64,000 nt of DNA from contig SMSO01000014.1 in assembly GCA_004764695.1 (NCBI GenBank), forward strand, positions 3,715,648 through 3,779,647, written 5' to 3'. Position 1 is the first letter of the stretch; every line of letters begins with the position of its first letter. Positions 42,734-53,251 of this stretch are shown in pieces. A program made the position numbers and the translations under genes. Origin of the DNA: Schizochytrium sp. TIO01. Taxonomy: Eukaryota > Protista > Bigyra: Labyrinthulomycetes. The notes beneath the pieces are model-generated. The model did no database searches, had not been told where the DNA came from, and worked only from the letters and a program-made list of their open reading frames with translations.

Positions 42734-44662
42734 ATGATGCGTTTAAGTAGGCGCGTATCTCGTAGACCGATGTCCACGACGCCACTCCTTGAGTTTGACG
42801 ACTCTCAGTTTGATATGGATAAAAATAATGTCAAACTCAGGGATGAGCTCGGACGAGGTGCTTTCAGTACTGTTTATAAAGCAGAATATCTAGGCGAGAC
42901 TGTGGCGATAAAAAAGCAGAAGCTCGTGAACGATCTGGAATCTTACATTCGCAAGGAGCTCTCAATCTTGCGCAGATGCAATCATCCATGTTTGGTAAAG
43001 TTTGTTGGCGCATGTAGAGTTGATGAGAAGACCATCTATATCGCAACAGAGTATTGCCGGGGAGGAGACCTACGCCGTTTTCTGCAATCAGATCGAGAGA
43101 TTGGCTGGAAGCTGCGTACAGGAATTATGGGTGGCGTTGCGGATGCACTTGCATATATGCACGAGCGTGGTCTCATCCACCGGGATGTCAAAACGGAGAA
43201 TATTTTGTTGGATGATCACTTCAATCCTAAATTGTGTGACTTCGGTTTTGCACGTGACGCTGTACCAGGAGGACGACCAATGACGATGTGTGGAACGGAC
43301 GAGTTCATGGCGCCGGAGGTTATTTTTGGCATGCCTTACGACTCAAAAGCTGATGTCTTCAGTTTTGGCATCGTGCTTACAGAGGTGATAGCACGTAAGG
43401 CACCTGGTAAAAAGGATAACTTCATGATACGGACACCGGTGTCTGGTTTCACGGCTAGTAGCGAAGAGTTGGAGTCTATCCAAGAAATGTATGAGCCTCC
43501 GCAAAGCTTGTTCTTGCTCTGCCAGGAATGCTTAGCTGACGAAGCAGAGCAAAGACCAACTTCAAAAGACTGTTCAGGATGGTTGAGTGACCTTTACGGA
43601 GATCTTCCCAAGGACCGTGAAAACCCGCATTTGTCTGAAGAAGAGATGCTTAAAGAAGTTCGCAAAGATCTCGATAGCCGCGACGCCGAAGCCGCAACCC
43701 GCGACGAAGACGCCACTACTGATGAGGACGACCACTCAAAACTCGGTTCAGCTTTGAAGAACGACCAGTTCTACCAGTCAACATTGAAGCGTGCAACCCT
43801 GGCTGCATTGAAGTGGGAGGTCGCAGACGAAGATGATAACGGGGAAGTTGACGACGAGGATAGTGGAGACGAAGGCGAAGGCGCAGGCGAAGACTCCCCT
43901 CGCGACATGCATCTTCGTGCTGCTAAACTTCTTGCCCGGGACTCTGGTTATAAAATCCAACGTTCCCAAGCTGTCCACGCTGCAGCACGGACTGCCCCTG
44001 CATTTGCAGCTGCTAGTGTTGGGTCACATCGCTCTGAAATGTCATCTTCTAATGAAAGTGAATTTGATAGGAGCACCGGAGTTGAATCGAATCGAAGTGG
44101 GCGCCGTTTGCCACCTTCGCATACACCCAAAATGTCTGGTTTTGTTACCAAACGCGGGGGTCGTATTCGCACCTGGCACAGACGCTTTCTTGTTCTCACA
44201 TCCGAAGGTTTGGTGTACTTCAAAAGCAAGGAGGACTTTACGAAAAAACCTCAAGTCATTCAAGGCAGTATTCGTTTTGCAGATATGGTTGCGACACCCG
44301 GCAAAAATTCTGTTGCTGATGTGGTGAGCTTTATGGTCACAAATCGTTCGAATGCATTTCGTGTGTTGACGAAAGCCAGGCCTCGGTATTTCCAGACAAC
44401 GGATCATCGATTAACAGAGAAATGGGTTCGAAGCATCAATCTTGCTTTTATCCAATGGGAGGCTGACCGTATTTTGCAAATGAACGAGGGCCGGCCTCTG
44501 CGTCCATCTCAAGCTGCCTCCAGAGCTACTAATCGGAGCGCAGGGTCTCGTGTAGTTACTCAGGCAGCAAGTACTACCCCAGGCAGCGCTAGGCCGACCT
44601 CTCCGCTGTCAGCCTCCAAACCACCAGTGTCACCAGTGTCCCCATACGGACGCAATCGATGA
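42734..44662 (+). CDS. TKL-group (LIMK/TESK-like) protein kinase with C-terminal PH domain, 642 aa
   Basis: GRGAFSTV, VAIK, HRDVKTENILL, DFGFAR, MTMCGTDEFMAPE, KADVFSFGIVLTEVIAR. PH domain runs from KMSGFVTKRGGRIRTWHRRFLVL to EKWVRSI. Confidence 0.92.
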   Translation: MMRLSRRVSRRPMSTTPLLEFDDSQFDMDKNNVKLRDELGRGAFSTVYKAEYLGETVAIKKQKLVNDLESYIRKELSILRRCNHPCLVKFVGACRVDEKTIYIATEYCRGGDLRRFLQSDREIGWKLRTGIMGGVADALAYMHERGLIHRDVKTENILLDDHFNPKLCDFGFARDAVPGGRPMTMCGTDEFMAPEVIFGMPYDSKADVFSFGIVLTEVIARKAPGKKDNFMIRTPVSGFTASSEELESIQEMYEPPQSLFLLCQECLADEAEQRPTSKDCSGWLSDLYGDLPKDRENPHLSEEEMLKEVRKDLDSRDAEAATRDEDATTDEDDHSKLGSALKNDQFYQSTLKRATLAALKWEVADEDDNGEVDDEDSGDEGEGAGEDSPRDMHLRAAKLLARDSGYKIQRSQAVHAAARTAPAFAAASVGSHRSEMSSSNESEFDRSTGVESNRSGRRLPPSHTPKMSGFVTKRGGRIRTWHRRFLVLTSEGLVYFKSKEDFTKKPQVIQGSIRFADMVATPGKNSVADVVSFMVTNRSNAFRVLTKARPRYFQTTDHRLTEKWVRSINLAFIQWEADRILQMNEGRPLRPSQAASRATNRSAGSRVVTQAASTTPGSARPTSPLSASKPPVSPVSPYGRNR

Positions 44663-46203
44663 GAGATTAAAGGTTCATTATTCTGAGTAAATCAAGTATG
44701 CAAGGCTGCACCCATTTTCAGTTGTTAAATCTAGAGTAGCATGAGTGCGATTCTTCATTGCTTTCCAAACTATCTGTTACCCACCGGCAATAGGAGCGTG
44801 CGTCACCAATGTGTTACCCTGCTGATGCACGTCTTTTTTCTCTTTTGTTTTGCTTCATTCAAAGAAAAGAAACCTCGCTGGAAGCACGTTAAGCAAGCAA
44901 AGGCCCAATCACATTTCCCCCAGCATGAAATAAAAACGCGGAATCGCAAAGAACAAGTCCATGAATTTAAAATGTAATAAGTTTTTTCTTTACTTGGAGT
45001 TTACAGCAACCTAAAGGAACACTGAATAGCTACTAATTATCCGCTCGTTCATCATTATATTGCGACTGAGCCTAGCAGGGGAAAAAGAAAAGTATTTCGG
45101 GAGCAAGATCAGCTGATCATTTAGACAAAGCTAGTCTTGTTGTATTCAAAGCAGAAACCTATATGTGACAAGTTGAGAAAATGAAGTCGAACAGACATAT
45201 CCACTAATGCAACTTTGATTCAATGTTTAACCCTCCCATGTCTAACTCAGTTAGCTATCAGGGGGACGAGAATAAAGGAAATGACAGGAGAGGTTGAATT
45301 TTTAGACTGAGATCCATGCAATTGCTAAACGATACCATTTCTGAATGGTACAGCTCGCATATTGGCTAAGCTGTGCTTGTGCGGCAAGGACAAGCAAAAA
45401 CTAAAACCATAACACAAAGCATGAGCACTCTTATGTTTCGCACACACATGATGTTAGATTTTGATGTCGAGAAAGACTTTTGTTGTGTGTGAAAACAATC
45501 TGTTTCGCCGATTTCCTGGAGGTTGTTGTTACTAGTATCACAAAAACTGAACTGCTCAGCCTCTGATGAACTAGATCGCGATAGCCATCACGCGAAATGT
45601 GGAGGCTTGAGACTGCATATTTGCCGAAATTTTAGTGCAGTAGATTCAAGATATCAAAGTTCAAGCACGCCAATTTGACCATTGGTAAATGTGCACCTTA
45701 CAATAAATAGACTACAGCACCTAAAAATTCGGTTGCGCTTGCCCCGTTTGTATTAAGCCGGAGAACCGTACTTTTCGAGGACGTTCTAAAAAGCCATCAC
45801 AGAAAGCTTGGCAAAGAATTGGAAAACTGCTATTATAGAAAGGCACGACAACTGCGCACATACACTCACGTGCACGTAAACACCAAGTCGGTTGGGCGGT
45901 TGTTTAGTAGGGAAGTATTATCAATGAGCCAGCGGCTCATGGTTTTCGTTGGTTTGTTTTATAAGTAATGGTTATTGCGAAATAATTGTTTTTTGTTTTC
46001 GCAAAACCACCAAAGGCGAGCCCGAACATGACACTAGGTGTTAAGCCTGACACAGACATGACTTTGAGTTTTGTGTAAAATTACGCAATAAGCTCTATCC
46101 AAGTACTCGAGAGATTTCTGTGCTCTTTTCTCTCACAAATTACACACAAGAAAAAGAAAAGGTCGCTACGGCCCATGGCCAAAAAGCGATCCCCCTCCAC
46201 TCT

Positions 46204-47088
46204 TTAAAGAATGATACAGCTTGGCCCGTCGCCCTCGACAACGCCTGGCGGAGTGTCGCACGGCACGACGCGCCCAATGCAAAGGCGTTCCCAGACATTT
46301 TGGCCATGACGTGAGTGGAAGTCGTGATCCTCGGCACAGTCCTTAATGCCTCCTCCTCGACGTAGCAAGGATCTTTGGCCACCAGGGTGGTCTTCCATAT
46401 AGTGCGACACGTCGTACACGCGCCCTCGTGAGACAATCCAGCAGTCATCTTGAGAGTCGTGCATTTTCACCTCACACATGGTCACAAAGAGGTCTGGTGA
46501 TGACACACCTCGGCTTCCACACACGCGTCTTGTGCCATGCACCGAACACAACTTGCAGACCTCGCCCTTTGCCAAACCTGGTTCCCGGATCCGGGCTCTC
46601 GTCGCTGCCTGAAGTCTGAGTTGTTCCTGTTCTTCATCCTCCTTCATCCTCCGCATTCTCTCAAGCATTTTGCGATGCCCATCAAGATCTACTCCATGTG
46701 ATCCTCCATGAACCTGGAGTTGATCTTCTGCAACTTCGCTATTCACATTTAGGCCTGAAATTGTCTCCAAATTGTAACTTTCGCGAGCACGGCAGTCTAC
46801 AGCAGTAGCAGAGACACCGATGTGCGAGTGAGCTCTTCTGAGATCCGTAAATTCCACATTAATATCGCCATCGTCTTCGCTAGAGCCCCTTTCAAGGTGT
46901 TCCTGACGTTCCTTGCGCTGCTGCTGCCGGTAGTTCTGACCTCTAAAGAGCGGTTTATGCAGTGTAGACCTTGACCTCGCGAAACCGGACCCTTCAAGCT
47001 TGCTGTATTCCGTCTCCTGAGGGTTTCCAACAGAGTCCCACCTCCTTCTTGTTGAGAGGTGAGCTCGCGAGCCGCTCACGCCCGGCAT
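46204..47088 (-). CDS. Cytochrome b5-like heme-binding domain protein with C-terminal CaaX box
   Basis: HDSQDDCWIVSRGRVYDVSHYMEDHPGG...DFHS supplies both heme-ligand His; the protein ends CIIL*. First in-frame ATG is at 47088. The frame stays open upstream to about 47343, so an upstream exon is possible. Confidence 0.85.
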   Translation of the reverse strand: MPGVSGSRAHLSTRRRWDSVGNPQETEYSKLEGSGFARSRSTLHKPLFRGQNYRQQQRKERQEHLERGSSEDDGDINVEFTDLRRAHSHIGVSATAVDCRARESYNLETISGLNVNSEVAEDQLQVHGGSHGVDLDGHRKMLERMRRMKEDEEQEQLRLQAATRARIREPGLAKGEVCKLCSVHGTRRVCGSRGVSSPDLFVTMCEVKMHDSQDDCWIVSRGRVYDVSHYMEDHPGGQRSLLRRGGGIKDCAEDHDFHSRHGQNVWERLCIGRVVPCDTPPGVVEGDGPSCIIL

Positions 47089-48453
47089 TGCGCCTGGACA
47101 CCTCCGAATGGGCCGTTCAAGGCGATCCGACGCCGTCAACTCGACGACGCCACAAACGGAGGCCACAACTTCGGAGCCTGATGATGCCAAAGCCTCCCTG
47201 AGATCGCTGCTTTTACCAATCCCAAAGAGGATTTGCGGTTTCGAGATGACGCTTTCGACGTCTTTTTCGACGTCGTTTTCAAAATTTCTGGCGAGCAGAC
47301 GGCGAGCCCATTCTATGTCCTTTAATTGTACACGTGTATTAAATTAGCACCCCTCATACTTTCCTAATATGAGGGTGTGGGTATTTTAAGACATATTAGG
47401 AGTATCTATCCCCTGAATAGGAGTATAGGGCTGGGCCATGGCTGTTGCTGTACGGTTTTGAGGTTTCTTCGCTTTGCTTGGTTGACTGACCTCGCGAATT
47501 GGCTATGGATCTAAGATAAAAATCAACCTCATGTAAATATGACACATAATCATTGCCTGCCATAGTTGATATGTATTTCTGGGAGTCCTTTCGCAGGTTT
47601 TGCAGTTGGATTTATTCTTTGCTAACAGATCTCGCAGGTTCTTTCGCGGAAAGAAGCAGTTGCTTCTAAGAGTCATTATTAGTTATATATGACTGGAAAC
47701 TGGGATTGGTGTGATTAGTGAGTAATAGGAGTAGGTTAGCACCTTCCTGGTGGGCAGGGAAAAACAAAATGGGGTAAAAGGGGATTTTCCTGTAGACAAA
47801 CTTGGCAAAAGAAGGACTTCACGAAGAAAGAATCTTGGCACTGGAGGCTGAGCTGAGTCTTGCATCCATAGTAGAAATACACAAACCTAATTTGATCAAT
47901 ATTTTGAAAGAAACTTTCCACCTCAGCACCTAATATTTTATATATCCATGCAAAGTGCAACCTCATTTTTTATAGGATAAAGAGTTAGGTGTACGTATGT
48001 ATCAATACTATGTCTAAATACGAGAGTAAAAGCATCCGTTGGGTTCACCGTCGGAAGAGGGACAAGATGGTGTTGTATTGCAAATATACGAACAATAGAA
48101 AAACAAAAGGCTCTCGGGACTGAGTAGTGGCAGGCGTGAAAGAGAACGTTTGGGCATCTAGCGAACAGGAACACAGACGAATCAAACGGCCTCATCATTC
48201 AAGAGTGAACTTGCAAGAATCTGTGGTCTATTCTAGTTCATTACTGATTGTGGTTCAAGACATCAATATAAAAGAGGCACACGTGTCACTGCAAGTGGGG
48301 CGCAACGTTTGACAGAATAAGTAGCTTGCGCAAGTGAGGAGGTACCGAGTCCGTCGCTCTGACGTGCAAGTGTTTTACGGGCAAGGAACGTCCTTCGCTC
48401 CCTTTCTATATTCTCTTCACTAAGATTAACAACAGAATTGGGGAATTACTACT

Positions 48454-50637
48454 ATGCGCGTCTGCAGTTCTCCGACCAAAAGGTCAGAAATGTCAGGCTC
48501 CGACACGCCTTCGAGTAGAAGAAGCAAATCAAGCAAAGGTTCAAACTTTATCTCTGGTTCAGGTATGGTCATGTCAAATAGTAAACCAAGTTTAGAGCGA
48601 GTTAAAGTGCATTGCCGTCTGCGTCCATTTTTAAGTCACGATGATGATCAAAGAGCGGAATCAGTGGTGAGGGGACATGAACGAAAGTCACAGAGTATGT
48701 CCTCGAGACCAAGTAGCAATAATAACGAAGAGGATGCGCCTGATCTTGTTACTTTACGCAACGAAACATTTCAATTTGATTCCTTCCTTGGAAGTCGAGC
48801 GGATCAAGCTTCTGTTTATGAGCGTGTTGCTGCACCAATTGTCTCAAGCGTATTGCAAGGGTACAATGGCACTGTCTTTGCATATGGACAAACGGGAAGC
48901 GGGAAAACGTATAGCATGTTTGGAGGTAAATCTACTGCAGATGCTGGCATAGTCCCACGAGCTCTAGTTCACATTTTTAAGGTCATCAATGAAGATGAGA
49001 ATTTCGACTACTCTGTAACGCTGTCGTACGTCCAGCTATACTGTGAGCTACTCACAGACTTGTTGAATCCGAATGGTTTTGAAGATGAACAAGGCCGTAA
49101 GAGCTTATTGATTCGTGAGGACACCCGGCGCGGTGTTTTTATTGAGGGTGTAAAGTGCGCATCTGTGGAGTCAGCTGAAGACGCAATGAGCCTCATTCAG
49201 GAAGGAGATGAGCACCGCGTGCGGGCTGCAACAAATATGAATGCTACCAGTAGCCGTTCACATGCATGCATCATTCTAAATATTACAAAACGCAAGATAG
49301 CAGATACTAGCGCACAAGGGAAAGGTAAAAAGTCAAAGGTTAAGTTTGGCAAATTGATCTTGGTCGATTTAGCCGGTAGCGAGCGTGTAAAGAAAGCATT
49401 AGGGGAGAATCATAATCATCATGGCACACGTTTTATGGAGTCAAAGGCTATAAATTTAAGTCTCTCGGCTCTGGGCAACTGCATCTCGGCTTTGGCTCAA
49501 CAAAAGCAGCATGTCCCGTATCGAGATGCTAAACTGACGCGCCTTCTAAAAGATTCTCTCGGTGGCAACTCAATGACGGCCCTGGTGCTGAATGTAGCTC
49601 CTGATGAGTCTCACGTGAGTGAAACAAAGTCAACATTAACCTTTGGTCAACGTGCAATGGCAGTTCAAACACGTGTGTCGATCAATGAGCAGGTAGATTT
49701 CCAGGCTCTGTACAGCAATGTACAAGCAACTCTTGATCGCAAAGATGATCGAATTCACGAACTAGAAATTGCTTTGAGTAAACTAAGAATTGAGCTCAAC
49801 AATGCTCTGCAGCAGGCAAACAAGGCGGAGCAGGAATGCAGCATGGCCTCAATGCAGCTGAACACATTGTCCCTGTCCGGCGATGTAGCAGAGCAGGTTG
49901 TTGCTTTACAGAAGGAACACGCTCGTTCAATATCTTTGATGCGAGAAAAGTACGAACAAGAGTTATTGGAGGAGAAGCAGCGCTCAGCCACTGCGCAAGA
50001 AGAGTGGCACCGAATTGATTATGAACTGAAGGACGAACGCGAGGAGCATTTGCGAACTTGTGCTCTGCTCAGGGATAAGCAGGCACAGCTCGCTGAAATT
50101 GAACAAACAAAGGAGGAACGGATTGCAGAGCTTTTTGAAGATCTAAAAGGCGCGCAGGAGCGAGCAGACTCATTGGCTAATAAACTTGATGCGTCGGGAA
50201 AGGAGCGAGAAAAGGTTGCTGCTGAAGCTGCGAGAATGCGCACTGAGTTAGAAAAGGGTAGAGAGTTTCAAGAGCGCGGATTACAATTAATGGAAACGTT
50301 AACATCTCGTGTAGAAAACTTGGAGGATCGTCAAAGGCTAACCCGTCAAAATGTATCATCCTCACCAAGTTCGTCACATCGAAGTGATCCTGACACACGT
50401 GTGGAGAGTCGAGTTTCAAGACAGGCTCGACAAATGTCAACTTTGACAAAGCCCAAACGATTCTCTGGATCAAGAATCGTTCCAGAACCAAGTAGGAGTA
50501 ATAACAACCATGTTGATCAGCATGATGGGACAGCGTCACGGGGAAGTAGCCGTATCACAAACTCGCGACGTGGATCTGCAGGAGGACTACCTCCTTCCCG
50601 TATTGGCTCTGCAACTGCATCTATTTTGAGATTCTAG
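48454..50637 (+). CDS. N-terminal kinesin motor protein with coiled-coil stalk, 727 aa
   Basis: RVKVHCRLRP, P-loop AYGQTGSGKT, switch I NATSSRSH, switch II VDLAGSE, HVPYRDAKLTRLLKDSLGG, then a long coiled coil and a Ser/Arg-rich tail. Confidence 0.96.
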   Translation: MRVCSSPTKRSEMSGSDTPSSRRSKSSKGSNFISGSGMVMSNSKPSLERVKVHCRLRPFLSHDDDQRAESVVRGHERKSQSMSSRPSSNNNEEDAPDLVTLRNETFQFDSFLGSRADQASVYERVAAPIVSSVLQGYNGTVFAYGQTGSGKTYSMFGGKSTADAGIVPRALVHIFKVINEDENFDYSVTLSYVQLYCELLTDLLNPNGFEDEQGRKSLLIREDTRRGVFIEGVKCASVESAEDAMSLIQEGDEHRVRAATNMNATSSRSHACIILNITKRKIADTSAQGKGKKSKVKFGKLILVDLAGSERVKKALGENHNHHGTRFMESKAINLSLSALGNCISALAQQKQHVPYRDAKLTRLLKDSLGGNSMTALVLNVAPDESHVSETKSTLTFGQRAMAVQTRVSINEQVDFQALYSNVQATLDRKDDRIHELEIALSKLRIELNNALQQANKAEQECSMASMQLNTLSLSGDVAEQVVALQKEHARSISLMREKYEQELLEEKQRSATAQEEWHRIDYELKDEREEHLRTCALLRDKQAQLAEIEQTKEERIAELFEDLKGAQERADSLANKLDASGKEREKVAAEAARMRTELEKGREFQERGLQLMETLTSRVENLEDRQRLTRQNVSSSPSSSHRSDPDTRVESRVSRQARQMSTLTKPKRFSGSRIVPEPSRSNNNHVDQHDGTASRGSSRITNSRRGSAGGLPPSRIGSATASILRF

Positions 50638-50914
50638 TAACATTCTTTGCGTCTTGTTTTACCCTACAGAACAAGCGTACGGGATCTCATAAGCTTATTA
50701 CTGCAACTTCATCTTCTATGTGCCCTAAAACATAAATAGATAGATACAAGGGATAAGAAAGTGAATAAACTTGTTGATATAGTTCCAGTAAGATATCATT
50801 TGATCAATTTAAAGAGTTGGCATTTATCATATGAAGGTCGCGTCGTAGTATGCAAAGGTGTGACGACAACACTTGTAATTAGTGTATTTGTATGGTTTGA
50901 TTGTCAGATAATGT

Positions 50915-52138
50915 TCAATAAGTTTTCATGGAAAAGTGCTGGGAGCAATAGTTGGTTCCAGTCTTGACACTCCGCTGGCATGCAGGGAGGGCGCAGCGCT
51001 TGCCACCACCGTGGCTTTTGCAGAAGCCACTGCCTTGGTCCTTCTTGGTGCATCCAGACTTTTGGCAGCGACGGCCACCACCGTGAGCTACACAGAAGAA
51101 TGTAGCTCCCTCCGCACCCTTTGTGCACCCGTCTGCTTGGCAGCGACGGCCACCACCGTGGCTAGTGCAGAACTTGGATCCTGAGCGAGCGCTACGTTGG
51201 CAGTTGAGTGTCTGGCAGCGACGACCACCGCCGTGACGCTTGCAAAATCCACGTCCACGCGCGAGCTTGTCGCAGTCCGCAAACTTACAGAGCTTGCCAC
51301 GAGACTTGGGGCGCGAAGCGTTGCTAAAGATGGATTCGAGCGAGGAGTAGGAAGAGGTGCGCTCGAAGTCGGTCATAGAGGCTGTATCAATCTCCTGTTT
51401 TACCTTCTTGTACGAAGGCTCCTCATCGTTGCGAATCGACGCGTGCAGTTTCAGTGCAAGCTGGGCAATGTGCTCCTGCTGAGAGATGCTGTCCTTGCAT
51501 CCCCCAAACTCAAAGGGTCCAGCGGGTGCCGGGAATGTCTCGTATGCTCTACGCTTGTTGGGGTTGCACTGCTGCTGAGCTTGGTGCTGGTGCATGTGTC
51601 CAAAGCACTGAGTGTTCTCGAAATGGTGAGAGCATCCGCGCTCAACCGGAGAGGGGAGAGGGGAGTTTGCAAGGGTTGCAGCAATCATATCCTGCTGGGA
51701 CTGTTGCTGCCAGTGCGATGGCATGGGCATGGAGTTGTTAGGGGACAGCTCGCTCGGCGAGACCGGGACGTTGGGACCATTCTGGGAGGAGAGCAAGCTG
51801 GGAAGCATAATTTCTAGGAGGGAGGGCTTACGCATGCCGCCCTGCTGCTGGTGGTTATGCTGTTGTTGCTGCTGCTGCTTGTTAGAAAAGGACTGTGCGA
51901 GGAGCGCGGCAATAGAGGCTTGTCTGTGGGGCATCATTTCGCTGTACAGGTGTGCCGGGATGTTGCTAAGGGCGCCTCGGGATGACCCTGATGAAATAGA
52001 GGACAGGTCAAGAGCATCATGTGCGCTTCCAGAGTGCAACATGGAAGCGTTTGACATGCTCATGGAGGGACCGCCGAAGTGGTGCTGGCCCTTGCTGGCC
52101 AGGATGTCCAAAAAGGAGGGAGTAGTCGGCACGTGCAT
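50915..52138 (-). CDS. CCCH-GGG (WRKY19-like) zinc-finger repeat protein, 407 aa
   Basis: Five tandem C-x4-C-x9/10-C-x2-H units, four followed by GGG (e.g. CQADGCTKGAEGATFFCVAHGGG). Q/S/P-rich N-terminus typical of transcriptional regulators. No WRKYGQK motif. Confidence 0.88.
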   Translation of the reverse strand: MHVPTTPSFLDILASKGQHHFGGPSMSMSNASMLHSGSAHDALDLSSISSGSSRGALSNIPAHLYSEMMPHRQASIAALLAQSFSNKQQQQQQHNHQQQGGMRKPSLLEIMLPSLLSSQNGPNVPVSPSELSPNNSMPMPSHWQQQSQQDMIAATLANSPLPSPVERGCSHHFENTQCFGHMHQHQAQQQCNPNKRRAYETFPAPAGPFEFGGCKDSISQQEHIAQLALKLHASIRNDEEPSYKKVKQEIDTASMTDFERTSSYSSLESIFSNASRPKSRGKLCKFADCDKLARGRGFCKRHGGGRRCQTLNCQRSARSGSKFCTSHGGGRRCQADGCTKGAEGATFFCVAHGGGRRCQKSGCTKKDQGSGFCKSHGGGKRCALPACQRSVKTGTNYCSQHFSMKTY

Positions 52139-52768
52139 GGTATATATGATGTTCAGGTGACGTGCGCCTACTGGAGCTCCTGGTTTTGGGTCTGCTTTAG
52201 TTTGTTTGGTTGAGAGTAAACTATTTAAAAAAAGCTAAAGAAAAACCACAGCCGGAAATTAGACTTCCTTCGCCTTGCAAGAGACGTGACTGTCTCTTTG
52301 CGTAGACCAAGCTGCCGTTTCCCTGGCTGGGCCTTTTAACTGGAACGAGTAAGGGAATAAAGTCAAACGAGCTGCGCTCGTGCTGTGCTCTCTCTCCAGA
52401 GGCCAGCAATCAACTGACTTATCGAATTGATTGACAAATCAAGACTCAGAGAATAGCGAGCGAACGAGCGACCTACGCCCTATGTTCTCGCCAACTCTTA
52501 CTGCCGTCACTGCCGCCGCCGTCGCTGCTGCCGCTACTGTAGTGTATTAGATAGATTAATATTGTTCAGTTATAGTCAATGCACAAGCGGGCAACTAACT
52601 CCGCACGGAGATAGATCTGGGTTTGCTGCTCGCTTGGAGGACTCAATCCGTCTCCGCTGGCTGTTCAAAGCGACTGCTATACCCTATTAGCTAGGTATTT
52701 CCTTAGCAGTTATTAGTGCACGTGCGAGCTACCAATAAAAGACAGAGAAAGAAACAGGGCAAAAAAAG

Positions 52769-52811
52769 TAAACAAACTAACAAACTGACAAACAAATAAA
52801 CAAACAAACAA
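52769..52811. repeat. (AAAC)n-like microsatellite
   Basis: Read directly; imperfect. Confidence 0.8.
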
Positions 52812-53159
52812 TTCAACATAGCCAACAAACACAGTCGAGAGCAGAGGGAATGATCCTGCTAGCTAGCTAAGTAGCCCGGTAGCAACTTGGCCCCAGCCAG
52901 TTTCTTGCTTCTTCGTCTCCTTCGTCGTCGCTCGTCTCTCCCGTAGGTAGCGGTGCTCTTTCTGATTCTCACTTTCTTTTCTTTCATTTCCACAAGTATT
53001 TTTTGCAGGTTCTTTCTTTCTTCCCCAAGGGTCTTCTTAAAATTTAATGTTTTTAAATACTTCTTCAAAGCAAACCTTTCCTCCTATCAATATTAAGTAT
53101 CCCAGTCTCTCCTTTCCTTCTTTCTTTCTTTCTTAAGTAAAATTTAAAAGAATAATAAT

Positions 53160-53251
53160 AAAAGAACAAAAGAATAAAAGAATAAAAGAATAAAAGAATA
53201 AAAGAACAAACAATAAAACTTTTCTTCTTCTTCTTCTTCTTCTTCTTCTTC
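53160..53251. repeat. (AAAAGAAT)n octamer array followed by (TTC)10
   Basis: Read directly. Confidence 0.85.

Noticed and set aside
50915-52138. Calling the zinc-finger gene a true WRKY transcription factor
   Set aside because: There is no WRKYGQK domain; only the accessory CCCH-GGG repeats are present.
51197-52160. 206-aa and 145-aa plus-strand ORFs
   Set aside because: They are antisense shadows of the GC-rich zinc-finger CDS and have no motifs of their own.
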